A stretch of DNA of 64,000 nt from Chiloscyllium plagiosum (lineage: Eukaryota): NCBI RefSeq assembly GCF_004010195.1, contig NC_057715.1, positions 14,389,869 through 14,453,868 on the forward strand, given 5' to 3'. Shown piece after piece: positions 47,181-60,489 of this stretch; the stretch's first letter is position 1; each line of letters starts with the position of its first letter. Under the pieces are notes generated by a model. That model worked only from the letters and a program-made list of their open reading frames with translations. It had not been told where the DNA came from and ran no database searches. The translations under genes and the position numbers were made by a program.

Positions 47181-49079
47181 AAACCGAATGAGAGGAAGAG
47201 GGGAGGGAGCAGAAATCAAGTTTAGCATATTGGATTTTTATTTCTAATTGTATCTGAAGCATCAAACGTCTGTGAATTTTACAGAACAGTAACAGTATTG
47301 TATAAGTATTTAAATAATCTGTACTACTGTAATTTGTCTTGGTTAGGATCATGAAATGTGACTTAAAACTTAATGATGCCAGGAGATTTCCCTAATACCT
47401 CTGATTTAAGTGAGCAGTTACCACAGCAACAACTCTATTCATGTGGCTTTGCCTGTTCACACGTCTTTAAACATATGCTTTCTACATCTGTTTCCCCATT
47501 ACATTTTAAAATGAATTTTATTTTATTATACTTTATTAAGGTTTCAATGCTGTTAGTGTTCTATTTGCTGTAGTACACTTGGCCCTCTAACAGCAGCTAC
47601 TTAGTTGCTACTATTCTCAGTGGGCTTACCAAGTAGATACTATGGTTGCTTCTTCTGGCTAGAGAATCTAGAATGTGGGCATGGTCTCAGGATGGAGACT
47701 GAGGTGAACATTTTCCTCATTCAAAGGGTTGTGAGTCTTTGAAATTCTGTATTATGGAATGTTGTGGAAGTTCTATCATAATGGTAGCACAGGCAGGGAT
47801 AGACAGATATGTGGTGTCTCTAACCTGAGGGATAATTACAAAGTCTGGGTAGGAAACTGGAGTTGAAGCCAAAGATGATCATCATTATATTGAGTAGCAC
47901 AGCAGGCTCAACAGACCATATGGTCTACTCCAGTTCCTGTTTCTTAATTTCTTATGTTCACTCTTGCTTCTAATTCAGAAGGTACTGAGTTCAAATTTGA
48001 TTCGAAGGCTTGAGCACAAGTACCAAAAATCCATTGCAGAATTAAGGGAATGCTGGATTGATGGAGACACCTTCTTTCAAGTGAGATGTTCAACCAAAGC
48101 CCTGCCTGTTGCTCAGTGGATGCAGAATATCCCACAGTCCTGTTTTGAGGAGGACTAAGAGATTTATCTTTGGGGTTCTGGTCAATATTTATCTGAGGCA
48201 ACATGATTGAAAATATGTAATCAGATTATTCTTTGCGAGTTTGTGAGCGACTTGGGCTGCTGTTTTTCTCACAGTACTACAGTGACAGCCAAGTATTCTA
48301 TTGGCTGCAAGGTACTTTGAGAGGTTCAATAGCCATAAAAATGCTTTAAAAGTGCACATTTCTTTTATTGCAAAATGTGAAAAAGGAATGAAGATTGGTG
48401 ACAAACAGATGAACTCTTCTGCTGGACATTGAGAAAGAGTTGTGTATCATCTTAACCTCAAAGTAATCAATTTAAACAATCATGGATTCTGAAACTAATC
48501 TACAGATAATGTGTATTATAAATTGGTACCCGGTAAACTTGGCAAGATGTGTCAAAAAGAAAACATTTGAAGTGTATTTCATAGGCAGCTGTGTGCACTG
48601 TGATTAGGCTTCAACATGTTCGCACATATTCTGCAATTCTTCCTTTATCTGAACCTGTACTGTGAGCACTGAATGTGTCCAACCAGGCATTGCCTGCTAT
48701 GTGCTTTTGTTGCTCTTCGGTGACCATCCATTTATCATAAGATCAGAAGCAGGGATGTTCACTAATAATTGGACAGTATTCAGCATCATTCACAATTCCT
48801 CAGATGCTGAAGATGTCCATGTCCAAGTGGGGCTAGATCTGGACAATATCTAGATTTTGGCAGATAAATGGCAAAGAAAACTTGTGCCACACGAGTGACA
48901 AGCAAATTACCGTTTCTCTTTGTCATTCAATGGCATTATCAATTCTCTATCAATCTTCCACTATCAATATGCCAAGGATTGCCATTGACCAGAAACTGAA
49001 GTGGACTAGCCATATGTCTCCTGTGGTTACTGGAGACAGGCCAGAGCTTGGAAATTTTGAGAGTCTAATTCCCACATAT

Positions 49080-50950
49080 GCATTAGGAACAGGATTAGGT
49101 CTTTCATCCCTCAAACTGCTCTACCATTCAATGATATCATGGCTATTCTATTATATTTCAAATCCCACATTTCTTTCTACCCTGATAACCCTCGAATTGC
49201 TTGTTCATAAAGAATCAGATATCTCCATCTTAAAAGTGTTAAATGAAGCTGCCATCATCACTTCTGAGGCGGATAATTCCAAAGGTGCAGGAGCCCCTGA
49301 GACAAAAGAATTCTCTATGTTTCCATCCCAAAATGGTGAACCCTAGTTCTGGAGTCACCCACAAGAGGAAACATCCTTTCCATTTCCACCTTGTCAAGAC
49401 CATTGAGTCAAGTCATCCTTCACTCTTCTATACCGCAGTGGAAGCAAGCCCATTCTGTCCAACCTATCCTTATAAGGTAACCTATTCATTCCAGAAATCA
49501 ATCTAGTATACCTCTTGTGAACCATCACATGCATTTACATTCTCCTTAGACAAGATCCAAACAACATCATATTTGAGAAGAGGCCTCACCAGTACCCTGT
49601 ATAACTGGAGTGTAACATCCTTTATTTTAAGTTCAATTCCTCTCATAAGAAAGGATGGCCATTCCGTGAGCTGTCTTGATTATCTCTGTACTTGTAATCT
49701 GATTTTTTGTTATTCCTGTACTAGAGCACCTAAATCTAGCTGCCCCACAAAATTCTGCAGTCATTCTCCTTCAGGCTAAAGTGAACAACTTCATATTTTA
49801 CCACATTATACTTATGCTGCCAGATTTTTCCCACTCACTCAACCTATCTTTATTTGTCTGCAACTTTCTTAGTTGTCTTCGTTTTCATTTTACATATTTT
49901 CCGACCTATCTTGTGATCTGTGAATTTAGCCACTTTGCCTTCCCTCCCCTTATTTAACTCATTCAAGTGAATTATAAAATGATGAGACTCAGCCCAGAGC
50001 CTTGCAGGCTCCACTTATCTCATCCATGTATGCATACTATTTTCAGCCAGCCAATCTGATATCCATGCTAATATATTACCCCCTACACCATGAGCTTTTA
50101 TTTTCCAACGTCTTTGAATAGGACACCTTACCAAATGCTTTATAGTACATCTCCAGGTATAGTACATCTTCAGGATTCATTCTATCCACAGTGCTGCTTT
50201 TAAAAAAGGCTCCCATAAATTGGTTGGACATCATTTCCCTTTAATGAAACTACACCATGATTTTCTGAGTTTTTCTAAATGTGCAACTATCATCTCTTTA
50301 ATGATCAAGCTAATTGGTCTACAAGTTCCTGCTTTTTGGTTCTCTTCCATCTCGAATAAGCAAATTATATTTACGACTTTCTACACTGATGAAACCTTTC
50401 CCAAACCTAGAGAATTTAGGAAAATTGCTACAAACGCATCTAGCGCCTCATTAGCAACAACTTTTGAGACCCTAGGATAAAATCATCTGGACTTGAAGAG
50501 ACCTGTCAGCCAGCAGTTCCATCGGTTTGCTTCGTCCTACCACCCTTGTGATTGTCATTTCACTAAGTTCTTCTCTCCCTTCCACCTGATTCATATCTAT
50601 TATTGGGATGCTTATTGTATCTTCAACAGTGAAATCAGAAGCAGAATATTTGCTTATTTGATCTACCTTTTCCTTATTACTACTATTAATGCTATATTTC
50701 ACTCTCTGTAGAGGACCAACACTCCCTCTACATATTCTTTCCCTTGTTAATACTTGTCAAGACTCTTTCTGTCTGTATTTAAATATCTAGCTGGCTTCAT
50801 ACTCTAATTTCTTGTTCTCATTAATGTTTTAGCCATTCTCTGCTGTTGTATTCTGCCCACTCATCTAGAGCAGTTGTACGTTTTTTTTTTCTTGATTTGA
50901 TGCTTTCCCTAATCTCTTCAGTTAACCAAAGATTATGCATTCTTCCTTTT
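49080..50950 (-). mobile_element. Old CR1 LINE, minus strand, decayed
   Basis: Reverse-strand remnants of RT and 3'UTR resembling 11620-13760 and 20420-21510. Confidence 0.6.
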
Positions 50951-51289
50951 GAATTTTTCTTTATAGCACGAATGTGATTTCTTTGCATTGAGAATTCTGG
51001 GATGTAAACTTTGATTTATATGAAATATCACTTTGGGTCTGATTTTTGAGTTGTTAATCAGTGGTTTTCTGTGTGTTTGAAGTTAATAATTGCTTTGCAA
51101 TATTTCTGTAGCCATGGTGATTGTTTTAAAAACAGTTTTTGAGGCCTGGCTTTGGAGTGAATGGGTTTGTGTGCCAACCCTTCTCCAGGGCACTTAGGAG
51201 TGGGCATTAAATAGTGACCTTGTTAACAACACCCAGATCTGATGGCATAGTTGACACGTTAAGTGTAATGGTTTTGTTTCCTGTTGTAG

Positions 51290-51387
51290 AGGAACCCCAA
51301 GATATCTACTGGCTTTCCCAATGCCTTTACCTCACTGCCCAGTACCACAGGGCTGCCCATGCGATTCGATCCCGCAAACTTGATAAG
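51290..51387 (+). CDS. CDC16: CDC16 exon 3
   Basis: TAG acceptor; (E)EPQDIYWLSQCLYLTAQYHRAAHAIRSRKLDK (98 nt); donor GTATGA. Confidence 0.97.
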
Positions 51388-51638
51388 GTATGATTTCTTT
51401 CCCATTATACAGATTGCTGTGTAATAACATTATAAGACTCTTTAAGAAATTTGTTAAATACAGATAGTCCTCATTTAACATAGTTTTGGTTAATCTCATA
51501 ATGCCATAACATGATCTTTATATGAACAGGTACATGACCTATTGTTTCAATACATGTACCTGGCTTGTGATAATTCTCAGCGGTGCAGATGAATAAATAT
51601 GCACCAAAATTCAGCATTCCTGTGCAGGTTTCTATTCA

Positions 51639-52307
51639 GAGCTGAAAAATGTGTTGCTGGAAAAGCGCAACAGGTCAGGCAGCATCCAAGGAGCAGGAGA
51701 ATCGACGTTTTGGGCATACGCCCTTCTTCAGGAATGAGGAAGGTGTGCCAAGCAGCCTAAGATAAAAGGTAGGGAGGAGGGACTTGGGGGAGGGGCGTTG
51801 GGAATGCGATAGGTGGAAGGAGGTGAGGGTGATAGGCCAGAGAGGGGGTGGGGGCGGAGAGGTCGGGAAGAAGATTGCAGGTCAAGAAGGCGGTGCTGAG
51901 TCCGAGCGTTGGGACTGAGATAAGGTGGGGGAAGGGGAAATGAAGCTGGAGAAATCTGATTCATCCCGTGTGGTTGGAGGGTTCCTAAGCGGAAGATGAG
52001 GTGCTCTTCCTCCAGGCGTCGTGTTGCCATGGTCTGGCGATGGAGGAGGCCAAGGACCTGCATGTCCTTGGCGGAATGGGAGGGGGAGTTAAAGTGTTCA
52101 GCCACGGGGCGGTTGGGTTGGTTGGTGTGGGTGTCCCAGAGGTGTTCTCTGAAATGTTCCACAAGTAGGCGGCCTGTCTCCCCAATGTAGAGGAGGACAC
52201 ATTGGGTGCAGTGGATGCAGTAAATGATGTGTGTGGAGGTGCAGGTGAATTTTTCAGCAACACATTTTTCAGCTCTGATCTCCAGCATCTGCAGTCCTCA
52301 CTTTCTC
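51639..52307 (-). mobile_element. 5'-truncated Penelope-like element with GIY-YIG endonuclease C-terminus, pseudo-LTR and short inverted terminus
   Basis: FTCTSTHIIYCIHCTQCVLLYIGETGRLLVEHFREH...HFNSPSH...LIFRLGTLQPHGMN. 14-bp TSD CAGGTTTCTATTCA at 51625-51638 and 52308-52321. Confidence 0.93.
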
Positions 52308-52916
52308 CAGGTTTCTATTCATCCAGCTCATTGCGGTTGTTGCCTGTTGGAGTAACATCTCCGCCAATTGTGGCTTGAGCCATGAAAGCGAAGAAGTTGT
52401 AGTTAAGAAAAGCAGGAAGTCCGTTCCACTGAGAGTATTAAATTGGATGTGCTATCAGGGTTTAAACATGCCGAGTGAAATGTGGATATTGAAAGAACTT
52501 TGCATCTCATTGAGTCAATGAAGAAGATGAATTTGACGTCCTTGCTCCTTCAAAGATTTTAATCACCAAGAGACCAGCAGAAGCATTCAAGTTGGTTAAG
52601 TCAACATATGACAATGAAAACCATTACTTCTGCCAAGGACCCTACAGACAAGCTCTGAAATACGATATTAATGCTTTTGATTGGAGCTGGGAGGTAATCT
52701 CATGACCCATGTGTAAATCGCATGAAAACTAAAGAAAACATCCGTGCAGAGAATTAGCCACAGGATGACATCATAGCCTTGTAATGAAAATAGGAAAGGT
52801 TGCCTGGAATGTCTGTCTTTTGCTGGTGGACTGTGAAATAAGTGGTTGACATGAGACTCCCAGAAATTAGATATATAACTGGTTCTAGAGAGAGAAAAGC
52901 TTCTCTCAGTGGACCA

Positions 52917-55252
52917 ATGTACCTACTGATAGGGTGCAAAACTTGACCTACTCTTGGGAAATAAGGCAGGGCAGGTGACTGAGGTGTCAGTAGGGGAGCA
53001 CTTTGGGGCTAGCGACCATAATTCTATTAGGTTTAAAATAGTGATGGAAAAGGATAGCTCAGATCTAAAAGTTGAAGTTCTAAATTGGAGAAAGGCCAAT
53101 TTTGATGGTATTAGGCAAGAACTTTCAAAAGCTGATTGGGGGCAGATGTTCGCAGGAAAAGGGGCGACTGGAAAATGGGAAGCCTTCAGAAATGAGATAA
53201 CGAGAATCCAGAGACAGTATATTCCTGTTAGGGTGAAAGGAAAGGCTGTAGGTATAGGGAATGCTGGATGACTAAAAAAATTGAGGGTTTGGTTAAGAAA
53301 AAGAAGGAAGCATATGTCAGATATAGACAGGATAGATCGAGTGAATCCTTAGAAGAGTATAAAAGCAGTAGGAGCATACTTAAGAGGGAAATCAGGAGGG
53401 CAAGAAGGGGACATGAGATAGCTTTGGCAAATAGAATTAAGGAGAATCCAAAGGGTCTTTACAAATACATTAAGGACAAAAAGGTAACTAGGGAGAGAAT
53501 AGGGCTCCTTAAAGGTCAGCAAGGCGGCCTTTGTGTGGAGCCACAGGAGGTGGGGGAGATACTAACCGAGTATTTTGCATCAGTATTTACTATGGAAAAG
53601 GATATGGAAGATATAGACTGTAGGGAAATAGATGGCGGCATCTTGAAAAATTTTCATATTACTGAGGAGGAAGAGCTGAATATCTTGAAATGCATAAAAG
53701 TGGATAAATCCCCAGTACCTGATCAGGTGTGCCCTCTAACTCTGTGGGAAGCTAGGGAAGTGATTGGGCATCTTGCTGAGATATTTGTATAATCAATAGT
53801 CACAGGTGAAGTGCTGGAAGACTGGAAGTTGGCTAACGTGGTGTCACTGTTTAAGAAGGGCGGTAAAGACAGGCCAGGGAACTATAGACCAGTGAGCCTG
53901 ACGTCGGTGATGGGCAAGTTGTTGGGGGCATCCTGACAGACAGGATGTATATGTATTTGGAAAGGCAAGGACTGATTACGGATAGTCAACATGGCTTTGT
54001 GCGTGGGAAATCATGTCTCACAAACTTGATTGAGTTTTTTGTTCAAAGAGGATTGATGAGGGCAGAGCAGTAGACGTGATCTTTCTGGAGTTCAGTAAGG
54101 TGTTCGACAAGGTACCCCTGGGCAACTGGTTAGCAAGGTTATTTCTCCTGGAATACAGGGAGAACTAGCCATGTGGATACAGAACTGACTCAAAAGTAGA
54201 AAACAGCTGGTGGAGGGTTGTTTTTCAGACTGGAGGCCTGTGACCAGTGGAGTGCCACAAGGAGCTGTGTTGGGTCACTGCTTTTTGCCATTTACATCAA
54301 TGATTTGGATGTGAGCATAAAAGGTATAGTCAGTAAGTTCGCAGATGACATCAAAATTGGAGGTATAGTGGACAGTAAAGAAGGTTACCTCCGATTACAA
54401 CAGGATCTTGATGGACCAATGGGCTGAGAAGTGGCAGATGGAGTTTAATTCAGATAAATGCAAGGTGCTGCATTTTGGGAAAGCAAATCTTAGCAGGACT
54501 TATACACTTAATGTTAAGGTCCTAGGGAATGTTGTTGAACAGAGAGACCTTGGAGTGCAGGTTCATAGCTCCTTGAAAGTGGAGTCGCAGGTAGATAGGG
54601 TAGTGAAGAAGGTGTTTGGTATGCTTTCCTTTATTGGTCAGAGTATTGAGTACAGGAGTTGGGAGGTCATGTTGCGGCTGTACAGGACTTTGGTTAGGCC
54701 ACTGTTGGAATATTGCGTGCAGTTCTGGTCTCCTTCCTATCGGAAGGATGTTGTGAAACTTGAAAGGGTTCAGAAAAGATTTACAAGGATATTGCCAGGG
54801 TTGGAGGGTTTGAGCTATAGGGAGAGGCTGAACAGGCTGGGGCTGTTTTCTCTGGAGCATCGGAAGCTGAGGGGTGACCTTATAGAGGTTTACAAAATCG
54901 TGAGGGGCATGGATAGGATAAATAGACAAAGTCTTTTTCTTGGGGTGGGGAACTCCAGAACTAGAGGGCATAGGTTTAGGGTTAGAGGGGAAAGATATAA
55001 AAGAGACCTAAGGGGCAACTTTTTCACACAGAGGGTGATACGTGTATGGAATGAGCTGCCAGGGGAAGTGGTGGAAGCTGGTACAATTGCAACATTTAAA
55101 AGGCATTTGGATGGGTATATGAATAGGAAGGGTTTGGAGGGATATGGGCCGGGTGCTAGCAGGTGGGACCAGATTGGGTTGGATATCTGGTTGACATGGA
55201 CAAGTTGGACTGAAGGGTCTATTTCCGTGCTGTAAGTCTCTATGATTCTATG
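52917..55252 (+). mobile_element. CR1/HER1 LINE, best-preserved copy (5'-truncated, frameshifted) in CDC16 intron 3
   Basis: LDLLLGNKAGQV..GASDHNSIRF, IKENPKGLYKYIK, SQHGFVRGKSCLTNLIEF and SKFADDIKIGG motifs, a 275-aa C-terminal ORF, and the 3' tail. Confidence 0.95.
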
Positions 55253-55681
55253 ACGAGTGCTGGCTTCAGGCTAACATCTTGTTTAGCTTGAGGTATCAGA
55301 CATTGGAGACCTCTTTAAAGTGATCCTCATTAGATTCTGCCTGACAATCTGGCTAGCTCAAGTGACTGATAGGAAACTGAAGAAATGACCACTTGCAGCC
55401 ATGGAGATGTTTCATCCAACTGTTTATCCGATGTAGGACCAGAAATCCCTGTTACAAATTGTCGGTCTTCTCCATTTATTTAGATTACGTACTATTTCTA
55501 AACTGTTGTTTTAAAAAAGTTGAACTACTTGTCTTGCTCACTTCTACTCCTCCACACCACCACAACTCCCCAACACGCTGTCACCAGCATAAAAATCACA
55601 TTTTCCTTGCTCTTTCCAAACAAGGATCACTGGAGTTGAAACATAGTTCTGCTTCCTCCAGCAATTTTTCCTTTATTCACT

Positions 55682-55991
55682 GAGCACAGTGGCTCAGTGG
55701 TCAGCACTGCTGCCTCACAGCACCAGGGTCCCAGGTTCGATTCCAGCCTCCGGTGACTGTCTGTGTGGAGCTTGCACATTCGCCCCATGTCTGTGTGGGT
55801 TTCCTCTGGGTGCTCCGGTTTCCTCCCACAGTCCAAAGATGTGCAGGTCAGATGAATTGGCCATACTAAATTGCCCGTAATGTTAGGTGCATTCGTCAGA
55901 GGGAAATGGGTCTGGGTGGGTTACCCCTCGAAGGTTCGGTGTGGACTGGTTGGGCCGAAGGGCCTGTTTCCACACTTTAGGGAATCTAATC
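55682..55991 (+). mobile_element. tRNA-derived SINE (HE1-like)
   Basis: A/B boxes, shared body and tail. Confidence 0.9.
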
Positions 55992-56044
55992 AAATTCCAT
56001 CTGAACTGGGCTGCTTCTCACATTAACAGCATATTCTAATCCTT

Positions 56045-56260
56045 AACAAAAACAGAAATTGCTGGAAAAGCTCAGCAGATCTGGCAGCATCTGTGGACGG
56101 AGACCAGAGTTAACGATCCTTACACTTCTGAAGAAGGGTCACTGGACCCGAAATGTTAACTCTGATTTCTCTCCACAGCTGCTGCCAGACCTGTTGAGTT
56201 TTTCCAGCAAGTTCAGTTTTTGTTTCTGATTTTCAACATCTGCAGGTCTTTTGTTTTTTT
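56045..56260. mobile_element. Older-family Penelope-derived palindromic insertion with hammerhead core
   Basis: Imperfect inverted arms at ~56047-56114 and ~56155-56223. CTGAAGA-A-GGGTC(ACTG)GACCC-GAAA at 56128-56153. 13-bp TSD TATTCTAATCCTT at 56032-56044 and 56261-56273. Confidence 0.85.
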
Positions 56261-56636
56261 TATTCTAATCCTTTCCCCTTTGTTTCTATCTAGCTTTTTC
56301 TTAAATGTATATTTACCATTCAAGTTAACTACTCCCTATGGTAGTGAGTTCCACATTCTTGCCCTGCTCTGGGTAGAGCGAGTTTGTTCCAATTTCCCTG
56401 TCGAACTTATCAGTCACTGTCTTATATTTGTGGCCCTCATTCTCAACTTGCCTCATGTGGAAGCATCTTCCCTATGTTCACTTCATTGAGTGCTGTCAGA
56501 ACTTTTTAAAGTCCTTTATTAGGTGAAAACCAGGAATTGACTGCTGGTCCACTGGACAGCTTCTCCATTCACAATATTCAGGAAAATACTGTGGCAGGTG
56601 ATACAGTAAGTGACTTGTCTTCTGACCTCTCCACAG

Positions 56637-56675
56637 ATCTATGGAGCCTGTCGATACCTTGCTGCCCAGTGTCAC
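56637..56675 (+). CDS. CDC16: CDC16 exon 4
   Basis: CAG acceptor; IYGACRYLAAQCH (39 nt); donor GTGAGT. Confidence 0.95.
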
Positions 56676-57083
56676 GTGAGTAAAATTAATTATAATGCCT
56701 TTGTTTAAACTTCCTTAAAAGGTGAGGTTATTTTATGACTATTCTTTAAATCTTTATTTTCTAGTGTCTTTATTGTGATATACAAATGACATTCACTGAA
56801 ACAAAAAGACACAAATATTTGATTTGGAACTTGAACTTACTACTAAGCCTTTCCTTACTTCCCTTACCCTACCTTGCTTAGTTATATTGCCTTATTAATT
56901 TGGCCCTGAGTTTCACTTATTTGTCGTTTCTCAGTTAATCTCTTCTTCCAAAAAAATACTTTTTAAAATCACAATTCAGTAACCTGATGATGTCACTTTG
57001 ATTTTTCCCCAGTTAGCATGGGACCTTTTTTTATGTTTAAGCTGTGAGAAAATACAAGTTGTTGAACTGGCTTTAAAGAAAAG

Positions 57084-57391
57084 AGATTAGATTAGATTCC
57101 CTACAGTGTGGAAACAGGCCTTCGGCCCAACAAGTCCACTCCGACCCTCTAAAGAGTGACCCACCCAGGTCCATTCCTCTATCCTATATTCACCCCTGAC
57201 ACTATGGGAAATTAAACATGGCCAATTCACCTGACCTCCACATCTTTGGACTGTGGAAGGAAACCAGAGCACCCGGAGGAAACCCATGGGGGAGAATGTG
57301 CAAACTCCACACAGACAGTCACCCGAGGCTGGAATCGAACTCGGGGCCCCTGGTGCTGTGAGGCAGCAGTGCTAACCACTGAGCACCGTGC
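57084..57391 (-). mobile_element. tRNA-derived SINE (HE1-like)
   Basis: Reverse complement of the SINE, with (AGATT)n tail. Confidence 0.9.
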
Positions 57392-58120
57392 TGCAAAAGG
57401 TTGAGATTGTGCTGGGAAAGTTGGCTGTAGACAGGAAATACTAAATTAATTTTCTTGCTGTGTAAACGAACAGAATTATAATTGGGGTGCTTGGAGTCAT
57501 GTCCCTCTTTACACCACTGGGTGGATCGGAGTATCTGAAATAACATACAGCCGTGAGGCTTTCAATGGTGTTAAGCAAATTGGCCCCCTCTTGTGGCACT
57601 TTAGTGAGGTACATCAGTAGAACTGTGGAGCCCAGTTGAATAGTATTATCCACTTGACACATCTTGTACCTGATGGTTATCGCTCACATAAAGAGTGTTT
57701 GATGATAATGAAACTAAGTTACACTTCCAGAACTTGCAAGTATGCGTTAGGCTAATCCTGACACAGAAGAAATATTTTTGAATGAAGCTGTCGTTGCCAG
57801 AACTTTTGCTTACTTATTAACAAAGGATTCCTGTTGTGTGGAATTTTCAAAAAGGAGCTTTTTTATTGTAGAATAAGTTCAAACACCAGGCAGTATACTT
57901 GGGTATTTATTTAAATGTCAGTCCTGGTTCTGAGGCAGAAGTATGTAGGTTTAAGTCCCACTCCAAAATGAAGGTGACAAAAGCCCCAGTATCTTCCAAA
58001 AAATGAATGTCTGACAGTGCAGAATCTAAATTGGTCACAAATGTATACCTGTATCACAATATTAACCTTTGATTGCTGCCTTTAAATCTTTTGTTTCCTT
58101 CTGTTTTTCTGTCCCAAAAG

Positions 58121-58258
58121 TATGCAGCCAAGGAATATCAGCAAGCTCTTGACATTTTGGATATGCAAGAACCAATTAACAAGATCATACTGGAGAAGAA
58201 TGCTAAAGCTGACAAGATCAAAGAAGCCTCCATTGATTGGGGATTGTCTCCTGCTGCA
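58121..58258 (+). CDS. CDC16: CDC16 exon 5
   Basis: AAG acceptor after a pyrimidine tract; YAAKEYQQALDILDMQEPINKIILEKNAKADKIKEASIDWGLSPAA; donor GTGAGT. Confidence 0.95.
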
Positions 58259-59746
58259 GTGAGTCACATGATTCAACTGCAACCTATTCTGTACAGCAGG
58301 AAACATATAATCTCCTGCTTTTTGTCTTTATTGTCCTCCCCACTTAAAGAGGGCACACACTCCTTGCAGTTCTGTGACTTTATCTAATGTTTTTGAGTCC
58401 CTATCCTGTGTTTGTTTCAAGCTTCAGTCTCTTATGTGGTGAACTTACTGTGCTCAATCATGGTGCTGCAGCTGGCTTTGGAACCCTTGGGGGAGTTGGT
58501 AAAGTGATAAACTGGTTGCCATTCCTGCATTGTCCAGTAACTCCTGACATATGTTTGCAGGCAGACTGCTCCACCTATGGGTGTACCAGTGTCTTTGACA
58601 GGTTCATTGTGCTGTATGCTTCTGATTACAGATTTGAAGGTATAGATAGCTTCCCTTATTGCTTATGCACTCTGTTGCTACTAGCGAACTCTCCACCAGC
58701 ATCTCCAGATCAATATATCCAGATCCATATTGCCATCTAGTTTATTTGACCGTTGACCAATTTCATTACCTTTTACTTTTCCTCGCGTTAGTGCCAATTT
58801 ACACATCAGCTTCTGCTTGTTCACATCCTGTGCTATGACATTTGACTGCTGCCTTGAATTTCATTCCCCTCCACACTCCAATTAAATAGTTCTGATCTGG
58901 CCTCAACCCCAAATGTTGAAAAGATTCCAAGGTTGTGAACTGAGCGATGTTAATTGCTGAAGCTCCATTCGTGATCTGGAACTTGCATTACTGTTGGAGG
59001 CATTGGTATTCATAATGTTTGTTTTGATAACTATTTAATTATTTGAATATAAATTGAATGTTCACTCAGGCTTTTTACTAAGGGTGGTGGTCTTTTTGGA
59101 CCACTGGAGTCCAGGGTTATAGATCACCTACAGTGTTATTAGAAAGAGAACTCCAGGATCATTGAAAGAACAATTACATAATTCCAATTCAGGGTGCTTT
59201 GAGCGCAGAGGGTAACTTGTGGCGGTGTGTATGTGTGTTCTCAGGCACCTGCTACCTTTGTCATCCTAGATGTTTGGAAGGAGCTGTGTAACTTGACATA
59301 GTGTATTAATTGAGTCAGGAGCCATCTGTGTTTAAATACTGAAGGATGTAGGAGTAGACCAAAAGTAAAATTGATAGTCAGACATGCAACTATGCAATAA
59401 ATGACTCCAAAGTTTGTCAGTGAAAATCTACATTTAAATTCAAGTATTTGAGATAATGAGCTACCAATTAATTTGATGAAAATAAAATATCAAGAGGATA
59501 TTTGATCTCTAACAGTAACATTTTTGCTAAGCTACAAATTTGATTTAAACTCCAAGTTGCATTATGCAAAATTCCTCGAGCTGGTAAGCTGAAGATTGAA
59601 GTGCACTGATCATCTTTTATGGTTTCCAGTTAAAGCATTGCAAGTTAATTTTACAGCCTTAATTATTCCATACACTGAGACTATCTTACTGCTTCCCAAG
59701 TTGATATATTAGTTGTCACGTACATGCGGGGACACAGTCTTAGAAT

Positions 59747-60022
59747 GGGGTGGCTCAGTGGTTAGCACTGCAGCCTCATAGCGCCAGGGACCTGGGTTTG
59801 ATTCCCACCTCGGGTGACTGTCTGTGTGGAGTTTGCACATTCTCCCCGTATCCTCCCACAGTCCAAAGATGTGCGGGTCAGGTAAATTGGCCATGCTAAA
59901 TTGCCCGTAGTGTTAGATGCATTAGTTGGAGGGAAATGGGTCTGGGTGGGTTGCTCTTTGGAGGGTCAGTGTGGTTTGGTTGGGCCGAAGGGCCTGTTTC
60001 CATACTGTAGGGAATCTAATCT
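59747..60022 (+). mobile_element. tRNA-derived SINE (HE1-like, internal deletion)
   Basis: A/B boxes and tail present; lacks about 30 bp of the body relative to the other copies. Confidence 0.9.
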
Positions 60023-60329
60023 ACATGAGGTGGGTACTCACTAAAGTGCATACCTTCACACACTGGGTTAACTCAATTCTTTCAATTATGCAGCTCTTCC
60101 TTAATACTTTTTTCTGCATGGTTAATCCTCGATTATTACAAAGCTAAAAACAATTATAATACTTGTTATTTGCATGTTCGTGTTGTTCCAATTATAATTT
60201 AAAAGCAAATTGTGCTACTGATAGTGAAAAGCACCTGATATGAAGGTGGTTAGGTTTGAAATGCATTCACTGACCTTTTTGTAGAATAATATTGATGATG
60301 TTTTAACCTGCTGGAATGTTTCCTGTTAG

Positions 60330-60489
60330 ATCAAGAGCTCTATTTGCCTTTTGCGAGGGAAGATCTACGATGCTATGGATAACCGACCCCTGGCTACAAA
60401 CAGCTACAGAGAAGCATTGAAGCTTGATGTGTGTTGCTTTGAAGCATTTGATCTATTGACATCACACCACATGCTGACAGCGCAGGAAG
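60330..60489 (+). CDS. CDC16: CDC16 exon 6
   Basis: TAG acceptor; IKSSICLLRGKIYDAMDNRPLATNSYREALKLDVCCFEAFDLLTSHHMLTAQE+G (160 nt); donor GTTCGA. Confidence 0.96.

Noticed and set aside
54408-55235. 275-aa ORF as an active or domesticated RT gene
   Set aside because: C-terminal part of a 5'-truncated, frameshifted CR1 ORF2. The catalytic FADD lies in a different, broken frame.
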